Positions 9,652 to 20,568 are shown, numbered from the stretch's first letter. The stretch: 64,000 bases of DNA from Alphaproteobacteria bacterium (GCA_017465405.1 JAFTWG010000013.1:7739-71738), one strand, 5' to 3'. The notes: generated from the letters alone by a model not told the origin. Made by a program: numbers and translations.

Positions 9652-12600
9652 ATGTTTTCAAGGATATTTATTGAACGTCCTCGCTTTGCGATGGTTATTT
9701 CGATTGTGCTGACTTTAGCCGGTATAATCTCGTTATTTTCTTTGCCGATTTCTTTATATCCGCAAGTAACTCCACCGACAATTACGGTTTCTGCCTCATA
9801 TCCGGGAGCCAGTGCCGAAGTTGTAGCGAATACCGTAGGTATTCCGTTAGAAGAGGCTGTTAACGGTGTTGAAGATATGTTGTATATGGATTCTAAATCT
9901 GATGCAAACGGAAGTTACCATTTGACCGTTACGTTTAAGGTTGGTGTTGATCCCGACTTGGCACAAGTTAAAACTCAAAACCGTGTGCAACAGGCTTTGT
10001 CAAAATTGCCGACCGAGGTACAACAACATGGTGTTACCGTTTTCAGACGTTCTACCGACATTTTGGGCTTTTTGACGGCTCGTTCTCCCAAAGGTTCAAT
10101 GAACGCGCTCGAGTTGAGTAACTACGTTCAAAACAATATTAAGAAAAACATTATCCGTGTTAACGGTGTGGGTGAAGCTAATGTTTATGCTCCTCCGTTG
10201 GGTATGCGTGTTTGGTTAAATGCCGATAAAATTGCCGCTTTGAATATGCCGGTATCTGCAGTTGCAAATGCAATCAGAAGTCAGAATATTCAACCTTCAT
10301 TGGGTAAAGTCGGGGCAATGCCCGGTGACGGTACGCAACAAATGGTTTATACACTTCAATCAACCGGACGTTTGAATAAAGTTGAGGACTTTGAAAATAT
10401 TATCGTTCGCACTAATGAAGAAGGCGGTTTGGTTCGTTTGAAAGATGTTGCCAGAATTGAAATCGGAGAAGAAGATTATCGTGCGAAATCTCAATTTGAC
10501 CTTGCTCCGTCAGTAGCTATTGCCGTTAACTTATTGTCAGGTGCAAATGCTATTGAAGCAATGAATAATTTGCGCAAAGAAATGGAACGTTTAGAGTCTA
10601 TGTATCCGGAAGATTTTGAGCTTATCGTAGCTTATGATGCAACCAGATATATCAAAACTTCTATTGAAGAAGTTGTATGGACCCTTATTTTGACTTTCGT
10701 CTTAGTGGTATTTGTATGCTATATCTTTTTACAGGATTGGCGTTCAACTTTGGTTCCGACTTTAACTATTCCCGTGTCATTATTTGCAACTTTTGCTGTT
10801 TTGCTGGCAATGGGATTCAGTCTTAATATTTTGACTTTATTCGGTTTGGTATTGGCAATCGGTTTGGTGGTTGATGATGCGATTGTGGTGGTAGAACGTG
10901 TTTTGTTCCTTATGGAAAATGAAAACCTTTCCCCTAAACAGGCAACAATCAAAGCAATGGAACAAGTGTCAGGTGCTATTATTGCTACCACATTGGTTTT
11001 GTTGGCGATTTTTGTACCTATTGCTTTTATGGGAGGAATTACCGGTAAAATTTATCAACAATTTGCAGTGGCAATTTCGGCCTCGGTTTCGTTTTCATCA
11101 TTAAATGCCTTAACACTGTCTCCGGCTTTGTGTGCGACAATGTTAAGACCTCTAAAACCATATACCAGCGGTCCGATGTTTTGGTTCTCTAAGGTAATAG
11201 AAAAATCTCGTGATAAATATACGGCAATTACAGCTTTCGCCAGCAAAAAGATTAGTGTAATTGCTACCATTTTGGGATTAATTATTTTCTGTATTTACGG
11301 AATCTTGAATATAGCTCAAACAGCATTTATTCCGGAAGAAGACCAAGGTGTATTTATGATTGATATGCAGTTACCGGAAGGCGCTTCTCGTGAACGTACC
11401 GAAAAAGTCGTAGAAAGAATTGCTAAAATTGCCAAGAACGAAACCGGAGTTGCTCACGTGATGAATATTTCCGGTATGAGTATGATTGGTGGCGGTGGCG
11501 AAAATGCAGCTTTCATGATTGTTATTCTTGATCCTTGGAGTGAAAGAACCGATGAAGCATTACTATCAACCAATATTTTGAATAAAATCAGAGCTGAAAT
11601 TGCTAAAACAACACCGGAAGCAAATGTAAACTTGTTTGAATTTCCTGCTATCCCCGGTTTAGGTAGTACAAACGGTTTAGATTTCCGTTTACAAGCATTA
11701 AACAGCAGTGATCCGTTGTTATTGGACAGCGCACTGCAAATGTTATTAGGCAGAATGAATACATCTCCGTATTTGAGTTATGCTTTCTCAACATATAATG
11801 CAAAAACTCCGCAAATTTTCGTTGACGTAAACAGAGAAAAAGCAGAATCAATGAAAACTTCCGTAGGTGATATATATGGTGCATTGGGACAATATCTCGG
11901 TTCTTCATATATCAACGATGTGAACTTCGGTACACAGGTTAATAAAGTTGTTGTTCAATCTGATTGGCCATTCCGAAAAGATATTAACAGTATCAATAAT
12001 CTATATGTAAAAAATACAGAAGGACAAATGGTTCCGTTGGGCGGTATGATTAGCTTGCGTAAAAATCTCGGTCCACGTGTTGTTACTCGTTATAACCAAT
12101 ATCCGTCTGCCACCATAAATGCTGTTGCTCGTCCGGGGATTAGTACCGGTGAAGCAATGGCCGGATTGGAACAACTTGCAAAGGAAACTTTGTCTGAAGA
12201 CTATAGCTTTGATTGGTCAGGTATGAGTTTCCAAGAAAGAGAAAACCAAGGAACAATCGGAACTTTGATTTTGTTAGCAATTACTTTTGCTTATTTGTTC
12301 TTGGTTGCACAATATGAAAGTTGGTCAACTCCAATTCCGGTGTTAGCATCGGTATCTGTGGCTATGTTAGGAGCCTTGTTAGGTTTGTTTATTCATAGTT
12401 TGCCGTTGTCTATTTATGCTCAACTTGGTTTGGTGTTATTAGTAGGTTTGGCGGCTAAAAATGCTATTTTGATTGTGGAATTTTCTAAGGAAGAGAGAGA
12501 AAGAGGAACCTCAATAGCAAAAGCAGCCATTGTAGGATTAAAAGAACGTTTCCGTGCGGTATTAATGACTGCTTTCACCTTTATTTTGGGTGTGTTACCG

Positions 12601-12771
12601 ATGGTGGTGGCAACGGGAGCAGGAGCAAACAGCCGTATTGCAATCGGTGTTCCGGTATTTTATGGAATGCTAATCGGTACAGCAGCCGGACTAATAATTA
12701 TTCCAATGTTGTACGTGTTGTTCCAAACAATAACCGAAAAACTGTTTCCTAAAAAAGAAATAACTGAATAA
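9652..12771 (+). CDS. RND multidrug efflux transporter (AcrB/MexB family, HAE1)
   Basis: 1039 aa, 12-TM architecture with two large periplasmic loops. Conserved AcrB motifs, e.g. [12 protein letters not shown]. No outer-membrane factor gene in the operon. Confidence 0.9.
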   Translation: MFSRIFIERPRFAMVISIVLTLAGIISLFSLPISLYPQVTPPTITVSASYPGASAEVVANTVGIPLEEAVNGVEDMLYMDSKSDANGSYHLTVTFKVGVDPDLAQVKTQNRVQQALSKLPTEVQQHGVTVFRRSTDILGFLTARSPKGSMNALELSNYVQNNIKKNIIRVNGVGEANVYAPPLGMRVWLNADKIAALNMPVSAVANAIRSQNIQPSLGKVGAMPGDGTQQMVYTLQSTGRLNKVEDFENIIVRTNEEGGLVRLKDVARIEIGEEDYRAKSQFDLAPSVAIAVNLLSGANAIEAMNNLRKEMERLESMYPEDFELIVAYDATRYIKTSIEEVVWTLILTFVLVVFVCYIFLQDWRSTLVPTLTIPVSLFATFAVLLAMGFSLNILTLFGLVLAIGLVVDDAIVVVERVLFLMENENLSPKQATIKAMEQVSGAIIATTLVLLAIFVPIAFMGGITGKIYQQFAVAISASVSFSSLNALTLSPALCATMLRPLKPYTSGPMFWFSKVIEKSRDKYTAITAFASKKISVIATILGLIIFCIYGILNIAQTAFIPEEDQGVFMIDMQLPEGASRERTEKVVERIAKIAKNETGVAHVMNISGMSMIGGGGENAAFMIVILDPWSERTDEALLSTNILNKIRAEIAKTTPEANVNLFEFPAIPGLGSTNGLDFRLQALNSSDPLLLDSALQMLLGRMNTSPYLSYAFSTYNAKTPQIFVDVNREKAESMKTSVGDIYGALGQYLGSSYINDVNFGTQVNKVVVQSDWPFRKDINSINNLYVKNTEGQMVPLGGMISLRKNLGPRVVTRYNQYPSATINAVARPGISTGEAMAGLEQLAKETLSEDYSFDWSGMSFQERENQGTIGTLILLAITFAYLFLVAQYESWSTPIPVLASVSVAMLGALLGLFIHSLPLSIYAQLGLVLLVGLAAKNAILIVEFSKEERERGTSIAKAAIVGLKERFRAVLMTAFTFILGVLPMVVATGAGANSRIAIGVPVFYGMLIGTAAGLIIIPMLYVLFQTITEKLFPKKEITE

Positions 12772-12779
12772 TAACAAAA

Positions 12780-12811
12780 AAATCGCTTTGAAATTCAAGG
12801 CGATTTTTTTG
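12780..12811 (+). terminator. rho-independent terminator after the RND pump (atcgctttgaa / ttcaaggcgat, then T7)
   Basis: Stem-loop plus T-run. Confidence 0.6.
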
Positions 12812-12831
12812 ATGTAACGATTATTTATATC

Positions 12832-12860
12832 TTGACTTTTTGTCTAATTTTTAGGATAAT
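12832..12860 (+). promoter_or_regulatory. sigma70-like promoter TTGACT-N17-GATAAT upstream of the foreign gene
   Basis: Near-consensus -35/-10 with 17-nt spacer in host-like AT-rich DNA. Confidence 0.4.
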
Positions 12861-12888
12861 AAAAGTCTAACCAAATATTATTTATACA

Positions 12889-13935
12889 ATGATTACTAAA
12901 AATTACTTTTTCCTCACTAATGAGGAGTCTAACAAGGGTTATTCATCATCAGTTCGTGCAATGGCAGCTTGCTGTCCTCATGACAAAGTTATCGACGCAA
13001 ACGATATAGAGAGGCTTCCGAATGATTCGGTTCTCGTATCTGCCGGTAACATGGGTTATGAGCTTCTTAAGAAGTACGGAAACGGACAGGAGATGATTTT
13101 GGCTACTGACCGCTATTCAGGCGAAGATCTCGATGCTCTCAACTGCCATCTTCTTACCATCATCGCACCTCAGTGTGAGTTGGATAAGTACAAGGCAGCG
13201 ACACGCCGTGAGCTTATTCTCGTTCCTGCTGATATGGTGGCATGTCCTACCAAGAAGCAGATGGAGGAGTGGTGTCATGACTTCATCGACAACAATACAA
13301 AGGAAGTTTTCGATAGCATTTTCGAAAATCGTCCGGAGTATTACTTCTTCTTCGGTGGTCGCGTAGCTGATTATACTCAGCCAACCGGTTGGAAAGAGAA
13401 CAGTGTTGAGCAGTTTGAGGACACTGCCGAGCGTCTTATGCTTGAGGCTGATGGTCGCCACACCTTCGTAGTATTCCACGGCTTGCGTTCACGCACACGT
13501 GGTGATAAGTCTAACGACTTCGCTCCACAGAATGCGGCAATCGCAAAGTTCCGCGAGATGCGTACAGAGGGACAGGTTGTGCTTGTTCTCGGCTTTATGG
13601 AGAATGGTCCATCGCTCTTGGTTATCAAGGACGGCGAGGAGGTTCTCTATCCTATTAACAACGCAAATGCCGGTGGCTACTACCTCGCTATTCACATGGC
13701 GGTTAAGAGTAGTGCTAAGATGGTGTTTACTGCCGAGCAGATGAACTTCATGAATGAGGCTCTCACCATGGGTTCGTTGGTCAACTGGCGTAATATCCGT
13801 CCTTTCGGTACCGTTGACGGATGGTTACTGACCGTTCCTTCAAACGAGGAAACGCACCGCAATGTGTATATCACGTTGAAGGAGCAGGGGATTCCTTTGA
13901 CTCAGGTCGAGGCTTTCCGTAAAATCATCGGTTAA
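12889..13935 (+). CDS. hypothetical protein (348 aa) of foreign composition; contains YYFFFGG and Rossmann-like GG segments
   Basis: GC about 47-50% against about 33% for the flanks, from roughly 12950 on. Codon preference switches to GAG/AAG/CTC/CGT/TTC/ATC. Many long antisense ORFs appear only here. No confident family assignment. Confidence 0.55.
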   Translation: MITKNYFFLTNEESNKGYSSSVRAMAACCPHDKVIDANDIERLPNDSVLVSAGNMGYELLKKYGNGQEMILATDRYSGEDLDALNCHLLTIIAPQCELDKYKAATRRELILVPADMVACPTKKQMEEWCHDFIDNNTKEVFDSIFENRPEYYFFFGGRVADYTQPTGWKENSVEQFEDTAERLMLEADGRHTFVVFHGLRSRTRGDKSNDFAPQNAAIAKFREMRTEGQVVLVLGFMENGPSLLVIKDGEEVLYPINNANAGGYYLAIHMAVKSSAKMVFTAEQMNFMNEALTMGSLVNWRNIRPFGTVDGWLLTVPSNEETHRNVYITLKEQGIPLTQVEAFRKIIG

Positions 13936-14023
13936 TCCTTGTTGGAATTGGAGATACAGGTGTCGCATTTGCGGCACCTGTTCTTTTATACAGAAAATCC
14001 TGAGCTTAGTTGGGAGTGTATGC

Positions 14024-14056
14024 AAAAAAGCGGAGTTTGTTACTCCGCTTTTTTTG
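14024..14056. terminator. bidirectional terminator (gcggagt-ttgtt-actccgc, T7) shared by the foreign gene and the convergent small gene
   Basis: 7-bp GC-rich stem with U-runs on both strands. A second hairpin (acaggtg...cacctgt) lies at about 13957-13984. Confidence 0.55.
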
Positions 14057-14261
14057 TGCTTTCAATTTTTATGGAAGTTACTTCTTCTTCCAATTTTTTT
14101 ATTCCGTTTTCAATGGTTGATTTTGTTCCGTTTGCAGCATCACTGCTCACTTGCAAAACCGATGTGTCTTCATTAATTTTTCCGTCATAAATATCTTTAC
14201 CGATAACATAAATAAGTACGACTAAAATGATATAAAATATGTATTTGAATAATGTTCCCAT
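14040..14261 (-). CDS. small N-terminally anchored protein (73 aa, one TM then a charged coiled tail)
   Basis: GGAG RBS 8 nt upstream on the minus strand. Host-like AT-rich codons. Stop lies inside the terminator. Confidence 0.45.
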   Translation of the reverse strand: MGTLFKYIFYIILVVLIYVIGKDIYDGKINEDTSVLQVSSDAANGTKSTIENGIKKLEEEVTSIKIESTKKAE

Positions 14262-14317
14262 TGTTTTTCTCCTTGTTATTTTGATATAATCAAAGGAGAT
14301 AATTTTACAATGGCAAG

Positions 14318-14343
14318 CAAGAAAAAAGCCTCCGAGGAGGCTT
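14318..14343 (-). terminator. terminator of mlaC (aagcctcc-ga-ggaggctt, then T-run on the minus strand)
   Basis: Perfect 8-bp stem immediately 3' of the mlaC stop. Confidence 0.6.
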
Positions 14344-14346
14344 AAA

Positions 14347-14949
14347 TTATTGTGATATTTTCTTTTTCAAATCGGCAATTAAACCGTTTATGCCATCGGG
14401 AGACTTTTTGATGAATGCAGTATATTCGTTACGAGCTGTAATTGCAAGGCTAACATTTTCAATGATAATATCTACAATTTTGAAAGTTTCACCATCTTGT
14501 TTAACGCGCCAAATTACCGAAGCAGGTTGAGCTTGTTCCATCGGCACAATGGTATTTACAAAAATTTGTCCTTTAGAAGAGGAGGGTGATGTTCCTTTAA
14601 ATACAAATTCTTTTCCTTTGAACTCATCAAAACGTTTTGACCAAGTTTGAACATTTAATTTGCGATAAACATCAATAAATTCCTCGCGTTGTTCTTCGGT
14701 TGCGGTTCTCCAATAGCGCCCAAGTACAAATTTGCCGATAAATTTAAGGTCGAGAGCAGAGTTAAACAACTTTTCAAAACGAGCGTCTTTTTCGGCTTGT
14801 GTAGCTTTGGCATTTATAATTTCTACAATGCCTTCGTGAGTAACTTCTTTGATAAAAGCTTCTGCTTTTGCTGTGTCAATATCTGCTTTAGCGTTTGAAC
14901 AAACGAGCATAAGGCCGCCGATAAGAGCAAAAAGAATTTTTTTAGACAT
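14347..14949 (-). CDS. mlaC: phospholipid-binding periplasmic protein MlaC (Ttg2D/toluene-tolerance family)
   Basis: 200 aa with signal peptide. MlaC-like core (FIGKFVLGRYWRTATEEQREEF...). Confidence 0.75.
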   Translation of the reverse strand: MSKKILFALIGGLMLVCSNAKADIDTAKAEAFIKEVTHEGIVEIINAKATQAEKDARFEKLFNSALDLKFIGKFVLGRYWRTATEEQREEFIDVYRKLNVQTWSKRFDEFKGKEFVFKGTSPSSSKGQIFVNTIVPMEQAQPASVIWRVKQDGETFKIVDIIIENVSLAITARNEYTAFIKKSPDGINGLIADLKKKISQ

Positions 14950-14964
14950 TATTTTTCTCCTAAA

Positions 14965-15702
14965 TTAATAGTCTTCATCTTCAAAATCAAAATCATAACT
15001 TGGTGTTTCGGTCACCGATTGACATTTATTCAATTTTTGACGATTTTGTAGGTATGCTGATTTCATTGTTGCATAGAAGTCAACTGAATTTTTTTCTAAA
15101 TCATCAGTTAAATCAAGAGCTTTCTCTCTCGATGTAATGATATTCAATCCCAAATAGCCCCAAGTAATTTTGTCATAATAGTTTTTGTCATTAATTGCTG
15201 CCCAATATACCGGATCGGTATAAGCATCAACACCATAACCAACGGCAGAACGAAGTGTAAACGGACCGAAAAACGGTGCGATAAAGAAAGGACCGTCCGG
15301 CACACAATAGGTTGCCAAGGTTTCATCAAATCCGGTGCGTTTGCCTTTTAATCCCCAACCGGAAGCAACATCAAATGTTCCGGCCAACCCCAAAGTTGAA
15401 TTTATTAAAAATCGTCCTACGCTAATCAAAGCATTTTTGAAATTTCCTTGTAATGTATGATTAGCAAATGATACCGGCTCTTTAGTGTTGGTTATAAAAG
15501 AGCTTACACGATTTCGCACATCTTGATTGGTGATGGCACGATAGCCTTTTGCCAAAGGTTTTAAGGTATATTTATCAATCTGATAGTTAAAATCAAACAT
15601 AGCTCGATTATATGTTTCGAGCCAATCGTCATTATCAGATGCCAAAGCAACCGGCGATAACAGAGAAAACGCCGTAACCAAAGCTATATAACGTTTTTTC
15701 AA
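14965..15702 (-). CDS. mlaA: outer-membrane lipid asymmetry protein MlaA (VacJ family)
   Basis: VacJ-like core. A TTG start at 15700-15702 (MKKRYIALV...) has an AAGAGGA RBS 7 nt upstream; the track ATG at 15750 adds 16 unlikely residues. Confidence 0.75.
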   Translation of the reverse strand: MKKRYIALVTAFSLLSPVALASDNDDWLETYNRAMFDFNYQIDKYTLKPLAKGYRAITNQDVRNRVSSFITNTKEPVSFANHTLQGNFKNALISVGRFLINSTLGLAGTFDVASGWGLKGKRTGFDETLATYCVPDGPFFIAPFFGPFTLRSAVGYGVDAYTDPVYWAAINDKNYYDKITWGYLGLNIITSREKALDLTDDLEKNSVDFYATMKSAYLQNRQKLNKCQSVTETPSYDFDFEDEDY

Positions 15703-15873
15703 AGTAAAATCCTCTTTATAAGTAGTTATTAATTGTATGTAATATAGCAATAGTTTTAGTTCAAGGCAATAAAATTTTATTTGTTACAATACCGAAATTT
15801 TTTGTGTTTTGCCAAACTTGTTTAATTGCAATAGTATCACGACAGTTAAAATTTTAATATAGAGGATAAAATA

Positions 15874-17031
15874 ATGAGTAAACCAAATAAACCGATTATG
15901 TTGTTTGACTGCAAAACATCTCAAAGTGTTATCGGCCAAGATAAATTTTTGAAAGCATTTGAAAATATTTTGAATCATGGTGCATATTGCCAAGGTCCGG
16001 AAACAAGAGAATTAGATGAAAAATTAGCCAACTATTCAGGCACAAAGTTTTGTTCAACATGCGGTTCCGGTACAGATGCTCTTACTTTAGCATTGATGGC
16101 TTGGGGTGTAAAACCGGGTGATGCCGTATTTGTTTCGTCATTTACCTTTGTTGCATCTGCCGAAGCTCCGGTATTGTTAGGTGCTACTCCGATTTTTGTA
16201 GACTCTGACCCGAATACTTTCAATATGGATGTTAATGATTTGCGTCGTGCTATTGAAGAAGTTAAGAAAGAAGGCAAATTAAATCTTAAGGCAATCATTC
16301 CGGTTGATATTTTCGGTTCTCCTTGTGAATATGACGAAATTATGGCGATTGCTAAAGAATATGGTATGAAAGTTTTGTCAGACTCTTGCCAATCTTATGG
16401 TTCTGTATACAAAGGCAAAAAAGCAGGTTCTATTGCTGATATGTCTGCAACATCTTTCTATCCGACAAAACCGTTGGGTTGCTATGGTGATGGCGGTGCC
16501 GTATTTACAAACGATAGCGAAGAAAACGAATTGGTAAAATCTTGCCGTGTTCACGGTATGAGCCCTGCAGACCACTATGACAACGTTCGTTTGGGTATGA
16601 CCGGTCGTATGAACTCTTTCCAAGGTGCTGTTTTGTTGCAAAAGTTGACAGTATTTGATCAAGAATTGAAAGACAGAGCTCGTGTAGCAAAACGTTATGA
16701 CAACGAATTGGATAACTATTTCGGAAAACAAAAGATTTTGGATAACTGCCAATCTGCATACGCTTTGTATACAATTCATTGTGAAGACAGAGACGAATTG
16801 ATGGCATATTTGAAAGAAAACGGTATTCCTTGCGGTGCATATTATCCACGTCCGGTTAATACACAAACAGCTTATGCAGAATGGAACACACGTTCATTGC
16901 CGGTTTGTGAAAAATTGTCTAAAACAGTATTGTCTATCCCAATGACACCGTATTTAGATGATGAAGATTTGGATTATGTAATTACAAAGATGAACGAATT
17001 TGCAGCCAGAAAAATGAACAAAGCTGCATAG
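15874..17031 (+). CDS. DegT/DnrJ/EryC1/StrS-family PLP-dependent sugar aminotransferase
   Basis: 385 aa, fold-type I aminotransferase motifs typical of nucleotide-sugar transaminases. Divergent from the glycan cluster. Confidence 0.85.
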   Translation: MSKPNKPIMLFDCKTSQSVIGQDKFLKAFENILNHGAYCQGPETRELDEKLANYSGTKFCSTCGSGTDALTLALMAWGVKPGDAVFVSSFTFVASAEAPVLLGATPIFVDSDPNTFNMDVNDLRRAIEEVKKEGKLNLKAIIPVDIFGSPCEYDEIMAIAKEYGMKVLSDSCQSYGSVYKGKKAGSIADMSATSFYPTKPLGCYGDGGAVFTNDSEENELVKSCRVHGMSPADHYDNVRLGMTGRMNSFQGAVLLQKLTVFDQELKDRARVAKRYDNELDNYFGKQKILDNCQSAYALYTIHCEDRDELMAYLKENGIPCGAYYPRPVNTQTAYAEWNTRSLPVCEKLSKTVLSIPMTPYLDDEDLDYVITKMNEFAARKMNKAA

Positions 17032-17052
17032 TTCAAGAAAAGATAAACCTCT

Positions 17053-17093
17053 AAAAAAACTCCTCTGTTTGAGCAATCATCAGAGGAGTTTTT
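17053..17093. terminator. bidirectional terminator (aaactcctctg ... cagaggagttt) between the aminotransferase and the ATP-grasp gene
   Basis: 11-bp stem with A/T runs on both sides. Confidence 0.6.
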
Positions 17094-17108
17094 GTTATGG
17101 TAAAAAAT

Positions 17109-18071
17109 TTATTTCTTTTTATTTTTAAAGCTAAATTTTATCCCACATATTTTATATATAATTTTATTGTTTTTTTGAGCTATAGAAAAAACTTTATTTA
17201 ATATTCTGTGTGTATTATAATACTTTCCATTATCAACATCAAAGTACCGTTTAGGTAATTTTATCATTTTTCCAAGAGTATAATCCCAATGAGGAGGATA
17301 GAACTCTCCCAGACCTGACATTGAGGTAAATGTCATTTCTCCAAAATATATTTTATTGTTAACGTTGTATAAATCCACTCTAACCATACAAAAATTTTTT
17401 GATAAAATTTCTGCTAACTTTATCATTTCTGTTAAATTATCTGGTTTGAGTATAGTTTCTTCTATTTCAGGCCATTTTACACGTACGTCAAGTTTATTCC
17501 AGTGTGTATCATATATATTTCTTTTATGTTCTTGAGTTCCGCTATTTATATCTAACCAAATTTGTTCTACTTTACCATCAAAACAAAGGAAACGATAGTC
17601 ATATAAATTTTGCTCTATTTCCTCTATAAATTTTTCAATAATAATTTTAGGTTTAATATTAAAATAATGTAGTTCATAACCGGCATGAAATGCAAAATTT
17701 TCGCTCATCCATTTATTTATTTTTTGTTTAGCATCTTGCTTATCTAAATTATTTTTATTGCGGACAATAATATTGTATCCACTACCATGATTACATTTAA
17801 TAATAAATTTATTTGGTAGTTCATCAAAATTTATTTCGTCAAAGTTATCATACACTCCTAATAACGGGATTAAATATTCTGAACCTATTTTTTCTTTTAT
17901 CCAATCTCTGACTAAATATTTATCAGTTAGTTGTGTTTTTATCGGAGTTGAATCATACAGCTTAAGCCACTGTATTTTTTCATTAAAAGTTTGAGGATTT
18001 GATAAATCAATATCCTTTTGTGTCATTTTTTTATACCAAACTTGTAGGTCTTTTTGATATTTATGTTCCAT
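17109..18071 (-). CDS. TupA-like ATP-grasp protein (teichuronopeptide-type amino-acid ligase family)
   Basis: KCNHGSG motif and overall pattern of the ATPgrasp_TupA family. C-terminal tag KIIYKICGIKFSFKNKKK. Confidence 0.65.
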   Translation of the reverse strand: MEHKYQKDLQVWYKKMTQKDIDLSNPQTFNEKIQWLKLYDSTPIKTQLTDKYLVRDWIKEKIGSEYLIPLLGVYDNFDEINFDELPNKFIIKCNHGSGYNIIVRNKNNLDKQDAKQKINKWMSENFAFHAGYELHYFNIKPKIIIEKFIEEIEQNLYDYRFLCFDGKVEQIWLDINSGTQEHKRNIYDTHWNKLDVRVKWPEIEETILKPDNLTEMIKLAEILSKNFCMVRVDLYNVNNKIYFGEMTFTSMSGLGEFYPPHWDYTLGKMIKLPKRYFDVDNGKYYNTHRILNKVFSIAQKNNKIIYKICGIKFSFKNKKK

Positions 18072-18115
18072 ACCTTAGTATCCTTTCTTTAAACACATTA
18101 GATTTATGTATTATT

Positions 18116-20566
18116 TTAATTGTTATATTTTTTATCTATTATTTCTTGTATGTCTTTTTTATATTTGGGAGAACACACTGATAAACAAGTTTGTAATATT
18201 TTTTTAGCTTGTGCTTTTTGATCATTTTCTGAAGCTCCAGTCCAGACACCATGATTATGTTGTCTGTAAACAGATAAAGGTGAATTTATAAAACCTATGT
18301 AACCTTTTTGTTCTAAATAAAAGGCTAAAGTTATTTCGTTAAACCTTATTGAATATATTTTTTTAGGCAATTTTTTCATATATTTACTTATAAATAGACA
18401 TGATGAAAAATTAGCAATTAAATTTAAATATTTACTTTCAATAAAATCACTACCTTTTAGCTTTGATGATAATTTTTGTTGGCGATTAAGTAATATAATT
18501 TTTTTGGTGTCTTCTTGTAAAACTTTTATTTTGTTAAATACCATAGAACAATCTTGATTAGATTCGAGAAAATATGCTTGTTTATGTAATTTATATTCAT
18601 CTTCCCAATAATCATCACCTTCTAAAACAGCAATATATTTTCCGGATGCTTGTTGAAAACATTTTTTCATGTTTTCGGATATGCCAAGATTTTTTTCTGA
18701 TGATATATCTTTAATTAAGTTAGGATATTTTTTTGCATATTCTTTTATTATTTCTCTGGTATTATCCGTTGAGCCATCATCAGATATTAATATTTCGTGA
18801 TGAAAATATCCTTGTTGTTTTATAGCACTTTCTATCGCTTGTGCTATATATTTTTCATGATTATATGTTGTTATCACGGTGCTTACAGTAAAAGAACAAT
18901 GTTTTTTGCGTATATATTCTAAATTTTTTTCGTAATTACTGTTGTTAGAAATACGTGCATGGTTATCTAAATCATTATATAATAATGTTGGTAATGCAAT
19001 ATAATAAGGTGAATACTTTTTTGTATATGTTAAAATTAAATCCCAGTCCACTAATCTTGTCATATTTTCATCAAATCCACCTAATTCTTTATAGATTTGT
19101 CTATGGTGAATTATAGTTCCTAAATCAATATAATTTGCTTCAATTAGTTTTTCAAAAATGAAATAGTGTCCCGTAATATTGAAATTGGATATTTTTCTAA
19201 ATTGGGAGTAATATACTTTATGTTCATTATGTTGTATTCCATCTGCAAAAACTTCGAGGTAGTTGGGATATACCATATTATCTGAATCTACATATCCAAT
19301 CCAATCATATTGTGCATTTTGCAATCCGATATTACGGGCTTTACAAACACCCTCATTATCTTTGTATATATATTTTATTTTTCCGGATTGTAATTCTTTT
19401 GGGTATGAGTTTTTTATAAATTCTTCTGTGCCGTCCGTAGAACCATCATCAATGATAATAAGTTCAAAATTTTGATATGTTTGGTTGAGGACGGAATTAA
19501 TGCTTTTTGATATTAATTCTTTACGATTATACGTTGGCATAATTAAAGAGAATTTTGTATTATTATCTATATCGACATAATATTCTTTTAATAGTTCATA
19601 CACATGCTTATTTTTGTTTTTTATATATTCTATTAAATTATTTATTCCATCAATATTACAACCGTATTTATTTATAGCCTTAACTTTTATAAGAGGAGCC
19701 TTTTTTTCTAATAAAAAAATAGGAAAAATGGTTAGGTTTTTATGATAAATATATGGATAATCATTAGTTGGGTTATATTCAACATAACTATCAGCGATAA
19801 ATCCATGTTTAAGTAGGTGTTGACTTAATCCTATTTCATATTTTTTTATAACTTTTTGAACGGAACTTTGCGGTTTTATATTTTTTATAAATTTTATAAA
19901 ATGACGAGAATTAAAGACATTCTTTTGAAATACTAAGAAGTAACTTTGGATATGTTCTGCTATTTCAATATTTTGAGTCATTCCCCAGAAATCGCAACTG
20001 CGGGTTGACATTTCTTCAAACATTTCAGAAAACGGATATACCGGACCATAACAACTATCATTGCAAAAAACAAGTTCTTCGCAGTCTTTTAAAAGTCCGT
20101 TTTTCTTTGCCCAAAAGAAACCTCTCTTATAAGAGCCAAAATCATATTCTTCGTGTCTTTGACATTCTGCATAAACAATAAAATCTTTTATTTTTTCTAA
20201 TTCTGTTGGCAGAATAGGGTTGTCAGTTACAAAAATTATTCCATCTACAACTTTTTTAAGTTCTTTTAGGTAGTAAACTACATAATCAAGAATTAAACCA
20301 TCTTTATTAAAAGAAGCAAAAACCGCTAATCTCTTGAAGCTTTTATTGTTATCAAAAAGTTTTGTGCAGTTCTTTAATTCGGGGGCAAAAATAAGTTTTT
20401 GTTTTTTAGCTTTAGGTTTTATCTTCTTTGTGAATTTTATGCCTAAAATTTTTATAATCTTCTTGGTCGGTTTTTTGCTGATTTTTACCAGTGTTAAACC
20501 GAACAATTTATATTTTTTTGTTGAGCCTTTTCTTTTGTAGAACAATTTTTTTATAAAATTAGACAT
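18116..20566 (-). CDS. tri-domain glycosyltransferase: RgpF-like (rhamnan synthesis F) domain plus two GT2 domains
   Basis: 816 aa. Two GT-A DxD segments (IIIDDGSTDGT..., ILISDDGSTDNT...) after an RgpF-like region. N-terminus carries two copies of the shared tag (KKYKLFGLTLVKISKK, KKIIKILGIKFTKKIK). Confidence 0.7.
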   Translation of the reverse strand: MSNFIKKLFYKRKGSTKKYKLFGLTLVKISKKPTKKIIKILGIKFTKKIKPKAKKQKLIFAPELKNCTKLFDNNKSFKRLAVFASFNKDGLILDYVVYYLKELKKVVDGIIFVTDNPILPTELEKIKDFIVYAECQRHEEYDFGSYKRGFFWAKKNGLLKDCEELVFCNDSCYGPVYPFSEMFEEMSTRSCDFWGMTQNIEIAEHIQSYFLVFQKNVFNSRHFIKFIKNIKPQSSVQKVIKKYEIGLSQHLLKHGFIADSYVEYNPTNDYPYIYHKNLTIFPIFLLEKKAPLIKVKAINKYGCNIDGINNLIEYIKNKNKHVYELLKEYYVDIDNNTKFSLIMPTYNRKELISKSINSVLNQTYQNFELIIIDDGSTDGTEEFIKNSYPKELQSGKIKYIYKDNEGVCKARNIGLQNAQYDWIGYVDSDNMVYPNYLEVFADGIQHNEHKVYYSQFRKISNFNITGHYFIFEKLIEANYIDLGTIIHHRQIYKELGGFDENMTRLVDWDLILTYTKKYSPYYIALPTLLYNDLDNHARISNNSNYEKNLEYIRKKHCSFTVSTVITTYNHEKYIAQAIESAIKQQGYFHHEILISDDGSTDNTREIIKEYAKKYPNLIKDISSEKNLGISENMKKCFQQASGKYIAVLEGDDYWEDEYKLHKQAYFLESNQDCSMVFNKIKVLQEDTKKIILLNRQQKLSSKLKGSDFIESKYLNLIANFSSCLFISKYMKKLPKKIYSIRFNEITLAFYLEQKGYIGFINSPLSVYRQHNHGVWTGASENDQKAQAKKILQTCLSVCSPKYKKDIQEIIDKKYNN

Positions 20567-20568
20567 CG

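Noticed and set aside
13117-13874. Cluster of 60-120-aa antisense and alternative-frame ORFs (13117..13479, 13377..13628, 13489..13695, 13499..13744, 13692..13874 etc.)
   Set aside because: Artefacts of the locally high GC content of the foreign gene 12889..13935. No RBSs, all nested within one strongly supported long ORF.
14310-14345. 11-codon ORF MASKKKASEEA with an apparent AAAGGAGA RBS on the + strand
   Set aside because: The sequence is the stem-loop of the mlaC rho-independent terminator (aagcctcc/ggaggctt plus U-run on the minus strand). The ORF is coincidental.
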